This document shows, one piece after another, positions 20,141-29,943 of a DNA stretch of 64,000 bases. Below the pieces are notes generated by a model. That model was not told where the DNA came from, ran no database searches, and was given only the letters and a program-made list of their open reading frames with translations. Origin of the DNA: Candidatus Saccharimonadales bacterium (GTDB lineage: Bacteria; Patescibacteriota; Saccharimonadia; Saccharimonadales; JACQNP01); NCBI GenBank assembly GCA_041742395.1, contig JBGSIS010000018.1:39505-103504 (forward strand). Direction: 5' to 3'. Numbering within the stretch: position 1 is the stretch's first letter; each line of letters starts with the position of its first letter. Made by a program: the position numbers and the translations under genes.

Positions 20141-21415
20141 GTGGAAAAAATTGCAGTAATTGGACTAGGATATGTTGGATTACCTTTGGCTTTATTGGCT
20201 GAAAGTAAAGGATTTAATGTTGTTGGAATTGACCTTGATATAAAGAAACTTAAAGTTCTTAAAGATAAAAAATCACCTATAGATGATCCGGAATCTAAAT
20301 TTCTTTTAAACAAATCTGAAATTAATTTTACTAATGACTTTACTGTTCTTTTAGATGTTGATATTGCAATAATTTGTGTTCCTACGCCAGTTAATGATGA
20401 TAAATTTCCGGATTTATCAATTGTAATGGATGCCTCTATTAATACAGCCAAAAATCTTAAAAAAGGTGCTTTGTTAATAATTGAATCTACCATAAATCCC
20501 GGAGTATGCAATGAATTAATAATTCCGGCAATAGAGGCACAAGCTAATCATAAAGTTGGTAAAACTCTACATCTAGCACATTGCCCCGAACGAATAAATC
20601 CAGGAGATACAAAATGGAAAGTAAATAATATAAACAGAGTAATTGGTGCAGATGCTCTAGATTCTTTAGAACTTGCTTATAGTTTTTATAGTAGGCTAAT
20701 TGATGCAGATATTAAAAAAATGAGAAGTATCAAAGAAGCTGAAGCTGTAAAAATAGTCGAAAATTCATTTAGGGATATAAATATTGCGTTTGTAAATGAA
20801 TTAGCTATGTCCTTTTCTAAGCTTGGAATAGATGTTAATAACGTGATTGATGGAGCATCTACAAAACCATTTGCATTCATGCCTCATTATCCTGGGATAG
20901 GAGTAGGAGGTCACTGTATTCCAGTTGACCCTTACTACTTAATTGAATATGCCCGTAGTAATGGTTTTGAACATCACTTTTTAAAACTAGCTAGATCTAT
21001 TAACGAAAGTATGCCAATTTATTCAGTCGACAAAGTAGAAGAAAAATTAATTGAAAGCGGAGTGGGTTCACTTAAAGATAAGAATGTTTGCGTACTTGGT
21101 CTATCATATAAAGCAAATGTCGGCGACGATAGAGAGAGTCCATCAAAAGTATTAATTAATGAACTTGAAAAGCGTGGAGCAATAATTAGCACTTACGATC
21201 CTTTTTTTAAAAACAAATCTTCGAGTAATAATTTAAATGACGCGGTTAATGATAAGGAAGTTATATTTTTAGTAACCGCTCACGATGAATTTAAAAAATT
21301 AAATATCAGTTTGTTAAAAAATGGTTCAATTTTCTTTGACGGTAGAAATCTATTTAAAAATAAGCAAACACAATTTATTAAAAATAATATTAAATATATG
21401 GGAATCGGTGCTTAA
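20141..21415 (+). CDS. nucleotide-sugar dehydrogenase (UDP-glucose/GDP-mannose dehydrogenase family)
   Basis: 424 aa with a GTG start. It has KIAVIGLGYVGLPLA, the catalytic GVGGHCIPVDP and a C-terminal LGLSYKANVGDDRESP block. Confidence 0.85.
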   Translation: MEKIAVIGLGYVGLPLALLAESKGFNVVGIDLDIKKLKVLKDKKSPIDDPESKFLLNKSEINFTNDFTVLLDVDIAIICVPTPVNDDKFPDLSIVMDASINTAKNLKKGALLIIESTINPGVCNELIIPAIEAQANHKVGKTLHLAHCPERINPGDTKWKVNNINRVIGADALDSLELAYSFYSRLIDADIKKMRSIKEAEAVKIVENSFRDINIAFVNELAMSFSKLGIDVNNVIDGASTKPFAFMPHYPGIGVGGHCIPVDPYYLIEYARSNGFEHHFLKLARSINESMPIYSVDKVEEKLIESGVGSLKDKNVCVLGLSYKANVGDDRESPSKVLINELEKRGAIISTYDPFFKNKSSSNNLNDAVNDKEVIFLVTAHDEFKKLNISLLKNGSIFFDGRNLFKNKQTQFIKNNIKYMGIGA

Positions 21416-21427
21416 ATATATTATTAT

Positions 21428-22948
21428 TTAATTCTCTTTTATGAATGGCTTAACGAAGCTCTTAACTTTCAAATTAGCTTTTATTATGTAATTTCTCTGC
21501 CAATACCATCCCTCGTTGCTACGTATAATATAAGTAGTTATACCGCCACCCTGCGTAAATAATAATGCTATAACAATAAATAAAATAATCTTTAAATTCT
21601 TATTACTAAATGCAGTGTTTGTAGATTGCACGATATAAGCTATAACGATTGGCATTATCAATATAAAGTATCTTGGTTGTACACCGTAAGGTTGACCAGT
21701 CTGCAGGTAGCCTAGATAATTTGTTAATAACCATACAGATAAAAAATAAACTAAAACTACAGAATTGAAGTATTTAAAACCATTTAGATTGCGAAGTTCT
21801 CGCCATGAATATGCAACAATTATTAATGACAAAAAACAAACTGTCCAAATTGTAGCTAGTAATATAGGAATTGGTGCAGCACCTTCACTGCCCTTAAGTT
21901 GATAATCGAATTTTTCTTCCGCACCAACCTTAGCACCACCAACTATGGCTCCATCTATAATTCCAGTTACCCAATATGATCTAGTGTAATCGACAACATT
22001 ATATAGTTGCTTTGAATTATTCAACTTATCAATTTCTGCATTCTTATTTCTTTCAATTAAAGGTTGTTTATTGCATATCTCTACTTTGTGAATTTTTTCA
22101 CATGTAACAGATATGTTTTTGTATTTAACGATATTAATCAGGTATCTTTCTGTGAATAAGCCAATAGATACTAATAGAAAAATTACTAAAATAAATACCG
22201 TACTTTTCGAGCCAGACATCAAGTTTTTATAAAATTTATCAATAAATTTATAATCATATTTTTTATATAAATGAATGGCCACAAACATACTTGCAGCAAA
22301 ATATATCGGCAAGAACGAGAATTTTACAATTGATGCAATGGCTCCTAATGAAACAAATAATATAATATTCTTTGAGTTGACAGTCTTATCTTTAAGTATC
22401 CTTAGGCCATAAAGTAGAAATGTAGGTGTAAGTAAAAATAACAAGTTATCGTAGTTTACATGAGAAGCTACGTGCGGAAATATTGGTATCATTATAAGGA
22501 TAAATAAAGATACATTTATGACCGCCTTGCCGAATCCAGCCTCTAATAATAATTTTCTGAATAAATAGAGCCCGACTACTACAAAAATTACATTAATTAA
22601 TCTTAAGAATACAATTGAAACAAAAAAAGACTCAGTAAATAATTTTATAAATCTATAAGGGAAACTCATTAAGTAATGGTAAAGATATGAAGGTGCACGA
22701 GTTAAGTCACCATATCTTGCAACAGATTCTGCAGACTGCTCATTAATAAATGGCGAAATTTGTAGACTGTAAATATCAATAACAGCTGGGTGATAATACT
22801 CGTCATAAAGCATTGGATATACTGCTGATATAGCCAACCATATTGCTTGAATTGCAAACAAGGATAAAATTATTTTGAAAAACAATTCACTTCTAATGAA
22901 AACTACTATATTTGTGCTTATACTTGAGGTTTTTTTTGTTTTTTTCAC
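21428..22948 (-). CDS. large polytopic membrane protein, GT-C-fold glycosyltransferase-like (ArnT/PMT/DUF2142-like)
   Basis: 506 aa with more than 10 hydrophobic helices. An early acidic loop (YPMLYDEYYHPAV) recalls the GT-C first-loop DE motif. Confidence 0.4.
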   Translation of the reverse strand: MKKTKKTSSISTNIVVFIRSELFFKIILSLFAIQAIWLAISAVYPMLYDEYYHPAVIDIYSLQISPFINEQSAESVARYGDLTRAPSYLYHYLMSFPYRFIKLFTESFFVSIVFLRLINVIFVVVGLYLFRKLLLEAGFGKAVINVSLFILIMIPIFPHVASHVNYDNLLFLLTPTFLLYGLRILKDKTVNSKNIILFVSLGAIASIVKFSFLPIYFAASMFVAIHLYKKYDYKFIDKFYKNLMSGSKSTVFILVIFLLVSIGLFTERYLINIVKYKNISVTCEKIHKVEICNKQPLIERNKNAEIDKLNNSKQLYNVVDYTRSYWVTGIIDGAIVGGAKVGAEEKFDYQLKGSEGAAPIPILLATIWTVCFLSLIIVAYSWRELRNLNGFKYFNSVVLVYFLSVWLLTNYLGYLQTGQPYGVQPRYFILIMPIVIAYIVQSTNTAFSNKNLKIILFIVIALLFTQGGGITTYIIRSNEGWYWQRNYIIKANLKVKSFVKPFIKEN

Positions 22949-23037
22949 TTATGTATTGTAACAGAGCTGATAAAATAATAACGAATTATCAAATGATACT
23001 TTTTATGCTACAATGACTTAGTAAAAAAGCTTTATAA

Positions 23038-23598
23038 ATGTATAAGTATTCAACAAAAAAATCTTCAAAAATAAAATTAAGTAATCCTTTTGTAATTACT
23101 GCAGTTATATTAATAGTATTATTTTCTATTTCTGTAAGTTATTTTATGTATAAAAATTCTAATTCAAGAATCAGCAATACAGCAAGTGATCAAGAATACA
23201 TTAATCTTGACCCGCCGTCACCTGAAATCATAAAAGAGACCGAGGTAAATAAATCAGAAATTACACAAGATTCAAAAACAACTGTGGAGTCTACCGCTTC
23301 AGCTAACAATATAAAACCTGTTATAATTGATTCTTCGCAATACGGACCAATAGTTGAGGTAAGATCTTTTATTCCTGGTGTATTTGAATCTAATGGAACT
23401 TGTACTATTGATTTTACAAAAAATTCTATTAAGGTCACCAAAACTGTGTCCACTTATCTGGATGCATCGACCACTCACTGCCAAAATATCGAAATACCAT
23501 CATCGGAATTTTCTCAGCCAGGCTTATGGCAAACTACTGTTACATATAAAGGTAGCGTGAGTGGAATATCTGAAGTCAAAAATATGGAGATACAATAA
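23038..23598 (+). CDS. membrane-anchored hypothetical protein
   Basis: 186 aa with an N-terminal TM (FVITAVILIVLFSISVSYFMY). Its stop overlaps the next gene's ATG (ATAATG). Confidence 0.5.
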   Translation: MYKYSTKKSSKIKLSNPFVITAVILIVLFSISVSYFMYKNSNSRISNTASDQEYINLDPPSPEIIKETEVNKSEITQDSKTTVESTASANNIKPVIIDSSQYGPIVEVRSFIPGVFESNGTCTIDFTKNSIKVTKTVSTYLDASTTHCQNIEIPSSEFSQPGLWQTTVTYKGSVSGISEVKNMEIQ

Positions 23599-25154
23599 TG
23601 AAGAATACGATAAATAGGTCGTTTTCTGTGTTTATAGTTTTTTTACTGTCTTTTTCAGTTATCAATATATCTTTAAACACGAAGGCATTAGCACTCTCAG
23701 GGAGTGACTTTCAAGCTGGAAGAATAATTGATGATCATATATTTTTTGATGGAAATGGGATGTCGTTACAGTCTATTCAAGAATTTTTGAATTCTAAGGT
23801 TCCTTCATGTGACACTTATGGCACAAAAATTTATTCAGGAACAACTACAAGAGCTCAATATGGAGCCTCAAGAGGAAATCCAGCACCTTATACATGCCTT
23901 AAAGATTTCCGTCAAAACACTACATCAAAGCCCGCAGAAAGTGGATTGTGTAATGGCTACGGTGCTACAAACCAATCAGCTGCGGAAATAATATTTAGCG
24001 TTGGCAAAAGTTGCGGCATTAATCCTAAGGTTCTATTAGTTCTTCTTCAAAAAGAACAATCTCTTTTAACAGACGATTGGCCATGGTCAATTCAATACCG
24101 AAGCGCAACAGGGTACGCCTGTCCTGATACAGCGCCTTGCGATACGCAATACTATGGCTTTTTTAATCAGGTGTATTCTGCTGCAAGGCAGTTTAAGTAC
24201 TATTCAAAAAACGCAAGCCTCTTTAATTATAAAGCTCAGCGAAATAACTTTGTACTCTACAATCCAAATAATGCTTGTGGAGGATCTACAGTATTTATAC
24301 AGAATCAAGCTACAGCAGGCCTATACAACTATACGCCCTATCAACCAAATGCCTCTGCTCTAAATAACTTATATGGATCGGGGGATTCATGTGGTGCCTA
24401 CGGAAACAGGAATTTTTGGCGTTTGTGGAATGAATGGTTTGGTCCATCTATCGGCTGGTTTTGTTCATTTGATCCAGCGACCAAGGCGACTTCAAATGTT
24501 AGATTTAGCAAAACTGGTCAAAAAATAGACTATGCAAGTTTCTTACTATACACCGGAACAAGCACAAACTGCATCGAGTCACATACGTGGAGAGCTGGAT
24601 TTAACAGCTGGAGATCCAATGTTGCGTCAAACCAAAAAACTACATCATTCATTACATCAGATGTGCAATATGGTGATCTTAATGGTGATGGCATAGACGA
24701 ACCGATACTGATAGGAAAATCTGGTACTGGTAGCGGCAAAGTAGAGTTTCATATATGGAGCGTTAGTATGAAGCAATGGCAAAAACATATTGCTAGTAAC
24801 CAAAGGGTTATAAATCCTGCAAATTCCACTATTGATTTTGCCGATATTAATGGAGATGGCAAAGATGAAGCTGTATTAATAGGGTTAAACGGTACTGGTA
24901 GCGGCAAAGTAGAGTTTCATATATGGAATTCAGGTATGAACTCATGGCAAACTCATATTACTAGTAACCAAAGGGTTATAAATCCTGCAAATTCCAATGT
25001 ACAGTTTGCAGACACCAACGGAGATAATAAGGATGAAGCCGTGCTGATCGGTTTGAGGTTTACAGGATCTGGAAATATTGAATTTCATACTTGGAATCAT
25101 GGCATGGGTAGTTGGAATAGTAATATAAGCAGTAACCAAAAAATTCTTTATTAA
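23598..25154 (+). CDS. secreted protein with an N-terminal possible muramidase-like domain and three C-terminal FG-GAP/VCBS-like repeats
   Basis: 518 aa with a signal peptide (FSVINISLNTKALA). AAEIIFSVGKSCGINPKVLLVLLQKEQSLL resembles the catalytic-Glu helix of lysozyme/SLT-type enzymes, though weakly. Three D.NGDG.DE..LIG..GTGSG..EFH.W repeats follow. Confidence 0.5.
   Translation: MKNTINRSFSVFIVFLLSFSVINISLNTKALALSGSDFQAGRIIDDHIFFDGNGMSLQSIQEFLNSKVPSCDTYGTKIYSGTTTRAQYGASRGNPAPYTCLKDFRQNTTSKPAESGLCNGYGATNQSAAEIIFSVGKSCGINPKVLLVLLQKEQSLLTDDWPWSIQYRSATGYACPDTAPCDTQYYGFFNQVYSAARQFKYYSKNASLFNYKAQRNNFVLYNPNNACGGSTVFIQNQATAGLYNYTPYQPNASALNNLYGSGDSCGAYGNRNFWRLWNEWFGPSIGWFCSFDPATKATSNVRFSKTGQKIDYASFLLYTGTSTNCIESHTWRAGFNSWRSNVASNQKTTSFITSDVQYGDLNGDGIDEPILIGKSGTGSGKVEFHIWSVSMKQWQKHIASNQRVINPANSTIDFADINGDGKDEAVLIGLNGTGSGKVEFHIWNSGMNSWQTHITSNQRVINPANSNVQFADTNGDNKDEAVLIGLRFTGSGNIEFHTWNHGMGSWNSNISSNQKILY
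24657..25151 (+). repeat. three tandem coding repeats of about 168 nt (56 aa, FG-GAP-like)
   Basis: Perfect 37-nt (24723-24759 = 24891-24927) and 36-nt (24793-24828 = 24961-24996) identities lie exactly 168 nt apart. The third copy is more diverged. Confidence 0.85.
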
Positions 25155-25201
25155 CAATTTACGCATAACTTGAATGTCTATGGTATATTAACTTCTGTAA
25201 T

Positions 25202-27787
25202 ATGATCAAAAAATTAAATTCATGTCTTATTGTTAGCTACGGACCAGTACCGACTCCACAATATAAAAAAATTGAAGGTGGGGGGATGAGAACGTTTGGT
25301 CTTGCTAGTGGCCTTTTAGCGAACGGTGTTGATGTAACTATAGCTGTAAATGATGCGTTTCCTCAAGAGATCGATGAAGTATCTGGTATTAAAATTAAAA
25401 ACTGGTCTCCAAACGAAAAGTTTAAGCAACTATTAAATTCTTTTGATTCTGTAATTATCAATTATAGTATGGGTAGTGATGCTGTCTTTGTAGCAGACAA
25501 CATAGGTAGAAATACTCAGCTTATTCTAGACTGCTATGTTCCAATTTATGTGGAAGTTTCTGCACGAAAATCTAAGAATATTGAGAATGAACTTATTAAC
25601 TACGTTTCAGATTTAGATAGATGGAACTATGTATTACGTCGAGGTGACTACTTCCTTTGTGCTAATGAATCGCAAAAATCATACTATGTGGGTGCTCTTG
25701 GAGCACTCGGCATACTGAACCCTTATTCATACGACAAGGACAGATTATTAATAGTTCCTTTCGGTATACACCAGGAGTCGCCAAAATCATCACTAAACCC
25801 GTATACCGACCTTGGAATTAAACAAAATGATTTAGTATTTCTTTGGTTCGGGGGTTTATATCCCTGGTTCAAAGTCGATGAATATCTTGAATCAATTCTA
25901 AAAGTTCTAAAAAATTGTCCTGCTGCAAAGTTCGTATTCGTTGGAGGTAAAAATCCTTTTAATCCAAATCCGGATTTTTCAAAACAGTACGATAGGGCTT
26001 TGGCTTTTTCTGACAAACATATACTTACAAATAAATCGGTGTTTTTTGTTGATTGGGTTGATTATGATGATCGAGTTAATTGGTATAAAAACGCTAATGT
26101 TGTAATTAGTTTTAACCAGCCTGGTGAAGAAAATACTTTTTCGTGGCGCACGCGAGTCATGGACTACTTATGGGGAGAAGTAGTTACGGTTACAAATGGT
26201 GGCGATCCACTTGGCGATGAGCTTATAAATAACAATGCCGCGTTTGCCATTAACAATCTTGATTCAGATACGGTCACAAAAGAACTTGTTAATATATATA
26301 ATAACCCTGGATCTATAGATAAAAAATTAACTAATTTAAGATCTCTACGCGATAAATATTTTTGGGAAAAAATTACCACTGATCTCAAATCTAGGATTAA
26401 TAATAAGCAGCTCCCTTATGCTCAAGAACTAACGTTCCGTGCAAGACTTGGTCTAAATCCTATTTTTTATAGAGCTATGACTTCTGAAAATAGTAGGCAT
26501 GCCGTTAAATCTAGTAGACTAAATAAACTTTACTCACAACCTCTTCGCATATATCATATCGCCAAAAGTAAGGGTGTTCGTCGTTCATTGTCTCTAGTAA
26601 AGTCTACAGTTAAATCCAAGGCTAGTAACACAATCAATAAAACAAATAAGATAGTCCTTATTTCAAACCCAATAGACAACAGCGGTGCGCCAATGGTTCT
26701 ACTAGATATTATCGACGAGCTATCTAAAAAAGGATTAATTACGAAGACTAGATTATTCACTAATTATACAACGAGTAATAATTTATATTTATTAAAGCAA
26801 TATGGTTTAACCCCTATTAAAACAGCCTTTGGAATGGGTTTACGGATTGTCGGTTTACAGCTTTCGTTAAGGAAAGATGATGTCGTACTATTAAATACTG
26901 TAGCGATATATCCAAACTATCGTGACTACGTATTAAATTTATTATTTGCCAACAAATTAGCTAGAGCTCACTGGTTCATACATGAAGATATTGAACAAAC
27001 AAAATTAATATCACCCGAACTGTTCTCAGATGAATATATTGCAAAAGTAAATAATCTTGTAACCTCTGGTAAATTAAGGATACTCGTACCTTCATCGAGA
27101 GTAGCCAAAGACTACGAGAAATTATTCGACCTTCCTGACGGAAAGATAAAAGTTATAGCTCTTCATGTCGATATTCAAGATTTAGTACCTAAAGATAAAA
27201 AGATCAAAGACTTTGATGAAATTAGATTCTACATGTCAGGAAACTCCAGCGACGGGAGAAAGGGTCAATTATTAGCTATATCCGCATTTCAAAAATTTAT
27301 AGATAAGTATCAGTCTTTAAAGCCTAATAAGTATAGGGATTTTAGTGTTCATTTTGTATCAATAGGTGAAAATGATTATGTGTCAACTCAGATAAAACTC
27401 ATTGGTAATTCAATTTTAGGCAAAAGACTCCACATACACCCTTCGCTACCTAGAGATAAAGCATTGAATGTAGCCGAAAAATGTAACGCTGTAATGTGCT
27501 GTTCACTAAATGAAACTTTTGGTCTTTATATTGCCGAAGGAATGATGTTTGGCCATATCGTGCTTAGAAATAAGAGTGCCGGCTTCGAGGAGCAGCTTAA
27601 AGAATCTAAGAATGGTTATTTCTTAGATATTTCAGATATTGAACAAATGGCCGGTGTCATCGAGAAAATACTCAACAAGGATTCAAATAGCAATGAGTTA
27701 TTGCTTGAAATGAGCAACGAATCGAAAAAAATAGCAAAAAAATACTCTAAAAATAGATATCTGGATCAGTTGGATTTATTTATTTAA
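25202..27787 (+). CDS. large two-module glycosyltransferase (two GT-B/GT4-like halves)
   Basis: 861 aa. The C-terminal module has an EX7E-type motif (NETFGLYIAEGMMFGHIVL...EEQL). The N-terminal half has a second GT-B-like pattern (FVGGKNPF). Confidence 0.6.
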   Translation: MIKKLNSCLIVSYGPVPTPQYKKIEGGGMRTFGLASGLLANGVDVTIAVNDAFPQEIDEVSGIKIKNWSPNEKFKQLLNSFDSVIINYSMGSDAVFVADNIGRNTQLILDCYVPIYVEVSARKSKNIENELINYVSDLDRWNYVLRRGDYFLCANESQKSYYVGALGALGILNPYSYDKDRLLIVPFGIHQESPKSSLNPYTDLGIKQNDLVFLWFGGLYPWFKVDEYLESILKVLKNCPAAKFVFVGGKNPFNPNPDFSKQYDRALAFSDKHILTNKSVFFVDWVDYDDRVNWYKNANVVISFNQPGEENTFSWRTRVMDYLWGEVVTVTNGGDPLGDELINNNAAFAINNLDSDTVTKELVNIYNNPGSIDKKLTNLRSLRDKYFWEKITTDLKSRINNKQLPYAQELTFRARLGLNPIFYRAMTSENSRHAVKSSRLNKLYSQPLRIYHIAKSKGVRRSLSLVKSTVKSKASNTINKTNKIVLISNPIDNSGAPMVLLDIIDELSKKGLITKTRLFTNYTTSNNLYLLKQYGLTPIKTAFGMGLRIVGLQLSLRKDDVVLLNTVAIYPNYRDYVLNLLFANKLARAHWFIHEDIEQTKLISPELFSDEYIAKVNNLVTSGKLRILVPSSRVAKDYEKLFDLPDGKIKVIALHVDIQDLVPKDKKIKDFDEIRFYMSGNSSDGRKGQLLAISAFQKFIDKYQSLKPNKYRDFSVHFVSIGENDYVSTQIKLIGNSILGKRLHIHPSLPRDKALNVAEKCNAVMCCSLNETFGLYIAEGMMFGHIVLRNKSAGFEEQLKESKNGYFLDISDIEQMAGVIEKILNKDSNSNELLLEMSNESKKIAKKYSKNRYLDQLDLFI

Positions 27788-28768
27788 CTTATGTCTAATA
27801 ATTCGTGCTGTTATTTTATGGCCTGCTAGAAAGTCTTCATACTTTTTAATTTCTAGGTCTTTTTTTTCATTTTCTGTTTTTAGTCGCGCCACCTCAGACT
27901 CTAGATATTGACCATAAGTAGATACATCTCGGTACTTTATACCAAGCATTTCAAGTGCCGCGGATTCAAACATAAACTTATCCTTGGAGTTTTTAATAAT
28001 AGGTTGTAGAAATTGCTCTGTATCGCTAACTAGAGATTGATTTTTGCTAATGAAATAAAGAGTTCTGTAGGCTGTTTCGTGATCACTAGTTACATCAAAG
28101 TTTTCTATGTTCTTATTGTATTGACGGTTAATCTCGTCTACTCTACCCCGTATTTCATCATCAAGCTCAATTGAGAAGTAGATTGTTTGCATTATCTGCC
28201 AAGTAGATAGATTATTTAGACCTATGGAGGTATAGCTTAGATTTGAGTCTTGGATAATATTATTTAGCTCTTCATGCTTTGGAATAACGTTTTCGATGTG
28301 TTCTTGGAGCCATAGATGATCTTTACCGTAGAGCTTCTTGTGGTATTCATTTAGAGATTTTTCGGCTTGGGACACATCACCATTTACATTATCGAAAGGT
28401 GCTGAAAGAATAAAACCACTCTTGCTGACCCGAATGGCTTCTTTAACGAAAATTTCTCTGTTTTTTCTTGGAACATGCTCATACACATCAAAGCTACATA
28501 TAAAATCAAACTCATTGTCTTTAAATGGAAGTCTTGAGCTCCCATCCAGCCTAGTGTAATTTGATGCGTCATTATCAAAAAGATCTGCTACAAAAACACT
28601 GTCATTGGGCTGAAATATTTCAGTCTTACCTTTGTATCCACCCAAATCCAGTATTGTAAGTTTTTTTCTGCTTTTTTTATGTAGGCTAATTATTTTACTT
28701 GCCCAGTACTGCCTAGAGTACTGGTCTATAGGCAGTGCAAAGATATCTTCTTTTTTGATCATTTCCAA
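27776..28768 (-). CDS. SAM-dependent methyltransferase with a helical/coiled-coil C-terminal extension
   Basis: 330 aa. Motif I is ILDLGGYKG, followed by FDFICSFDVYEHV. The C-terminal heptad-like segment is QYLESEVARLKTENEKKDLEIKKYEDFL. It overlaps the wzt-like stop by 10 nt. Confidence 0.65.
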   Translation of the reverse strand: MEMIKKEDIFALPIDQYSRQYWASKIISLHKKSRKKLTILDLGGYKGKTEIFQPNDSVFVADLFDNDASNYTRLDGSSRLPFKDNEFDFICSFDVYEHVPRKNREIFVKEAIRVSKSGFILSAPFDNVNGDVSQAEKSLNEYHKKLYGKDHLWLQEHIENVIPKHEELNNIIQDSNLSYTSIGLNNLSTWQIMQTIYFSIELDDEIRGRVDEINRQYNKNIENFDVTSDHETAYRTLYFISKNQSLVSDTEQFLQPIIKNSKDKFMFESAALEMLGIKYRDVSTYGQYLESEVARLKTENEKKDLEIKKYEDFLAGHKITARIIRHKLNK

Positions 28769-29943
28769 ATTCCAAATAAATCAACCTTACCGTGCTGTGT
28801 ATGGTCTTCACTATTAATAGTAAATTTGTAGTACTTCTCTAGGTGATCGTATTCAGTTGCCAAAAATTTATCAAATACGACTATTGTCATTTTGTAATCA
28901 CCTGCCATGAGAGACATTTTACTTATATAAAATGATATTTTATCTTTACTGATATTTTTTCCGAGACTGTTTGGTCCAGCTATATTTACTCCAAAAGCAT
29001 CCTCTATGCCTAGTCCAATGACAATATTCATTTTTTTTGGGTTATTCAAGTTAATAATAATTTCTGCGTCTTTACCTAGTTCAAATACTGGCTTCTTTAG
29101 TTCTTTATTCCGTGATTTATACTTAAGATCTTTGACAGTCACTTCACCAGTTCCCCATCTATTTTCATCCTTAGATTTATGTGAATCTTCAGAGTTATCT
29201 GAATTAAGTTTATCGTATTTTGTGGCTGCAGTTGAAGGATCATAAATGCCTTTCAGGTCAGAGTCCTGAATCAAAGCCACCCTATCACAAAATCTTTCTA
29301 CCGCAGACATATCGTGAGTTATAAAAACTATCGTTCTTTTCTCTTCCTTTAATCGTCTAAATGTCTCGTAACATTTTCTTTGAAAACTTGAATCGCCAAC
29401 TGCGAGAACTTCATCAACAAGCAATATATCACTCTTAGCACGGATTGCAATTGAAAAGGCTAATCTTACTTGCATACCGCTTGAGTAGTTTTTAAGTTTC
29501 TGGTCCATGAATTTTTCTAGTTCAGCAAATTCCACTATTTCGTCGTACATTTCTAACATTTCTTTGCGATTAAATCCAAGTAAAGCACCATTTAGGAATA
29601 CATTTTCGCGACCAGTGAGTTCCGGATTAAAACCAACACCAAGTTCAATAAAAGGGGTTAGTTTGCCGTTTATATGGATTTGCCCTTTATCTGGAGAGTA
29701 AATTTCGGCAAGCAACTTAAGTAATGTACTTTTTCCGCTACCGTTACGACCAACGATACCAAAGAATTCACCCTTTTTTACCTCAAAGCTAATGTCCTTT
29801 AAAACTTCTTGCTTATCGTAGGTGCTTTTTGTTCTAAATGTATTAATTAAAGCACCTTTAATTGATGAGTTCTTTTCATGAGGTAGTTTAAAAGACTTAC
29901 TTACGTGACTTATCTTAATCGCTATGTTATCTGAGCTACTCAT
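28759..29943 (-). CDS. polysaccharide ABC exporter ATP-binding protein (Wzt/TagH-like) with a C-terminal glycan-binding-type domain
   Basis: 394 aa. Walker A is GRNGSGKST, the signature is YSSGMQVRL and Walker B is ILLVDEVL. A roughly 150-aa beta-rich extension (RWGTGEVTV...MAGDYKMTIVV) resembles the Wzt C-terminal domains. Confidence 0.85.
   Translation of the reverse strand: MSSSDNIAIKISHVSKSFKLPHEKNSSIKGALINTFRTKSTYDKQEVLKDISFEVKKGEFFGIVGRNGSGKSTLLKLLAEIYSPDKGQIHINGKLTPFIELGVGFNPELTGRENVFLNGALLGFNRKEMLEMYDEIVEFAELEKFMDQKLKNYSSGMQVRLAFSIAIRAKSDILLVDEVLAVGDSSFQRKCYETFRRLKEEKRTIVFITHDMSAVERFCDRVALIQDSDLKGIYDPSTAATKYDKLNSDNSEDSHKSKDENRWGTGEVTVKDLKYKSRNKELKKPVFELGKDAEIIINLNNPKKMNIVIGLGIEDAFGVNIAGPNSLGKNISKDKISFYISKMSLMAGDYKMTIVVFDKFLATEYDHLEKYYKFTINSEDHTQHGKVDLFGIWK

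Noticed and set aside
20110-20511. A 133-aa minus-strand ORF overlaps the 5' part of the nucleotide-sugar dehydrogenase.
   Set aside because: It is antisense to a gene with a clear Rossmann GxGxxG start (IAVIGLGYVG), and its translation is not protein-like.
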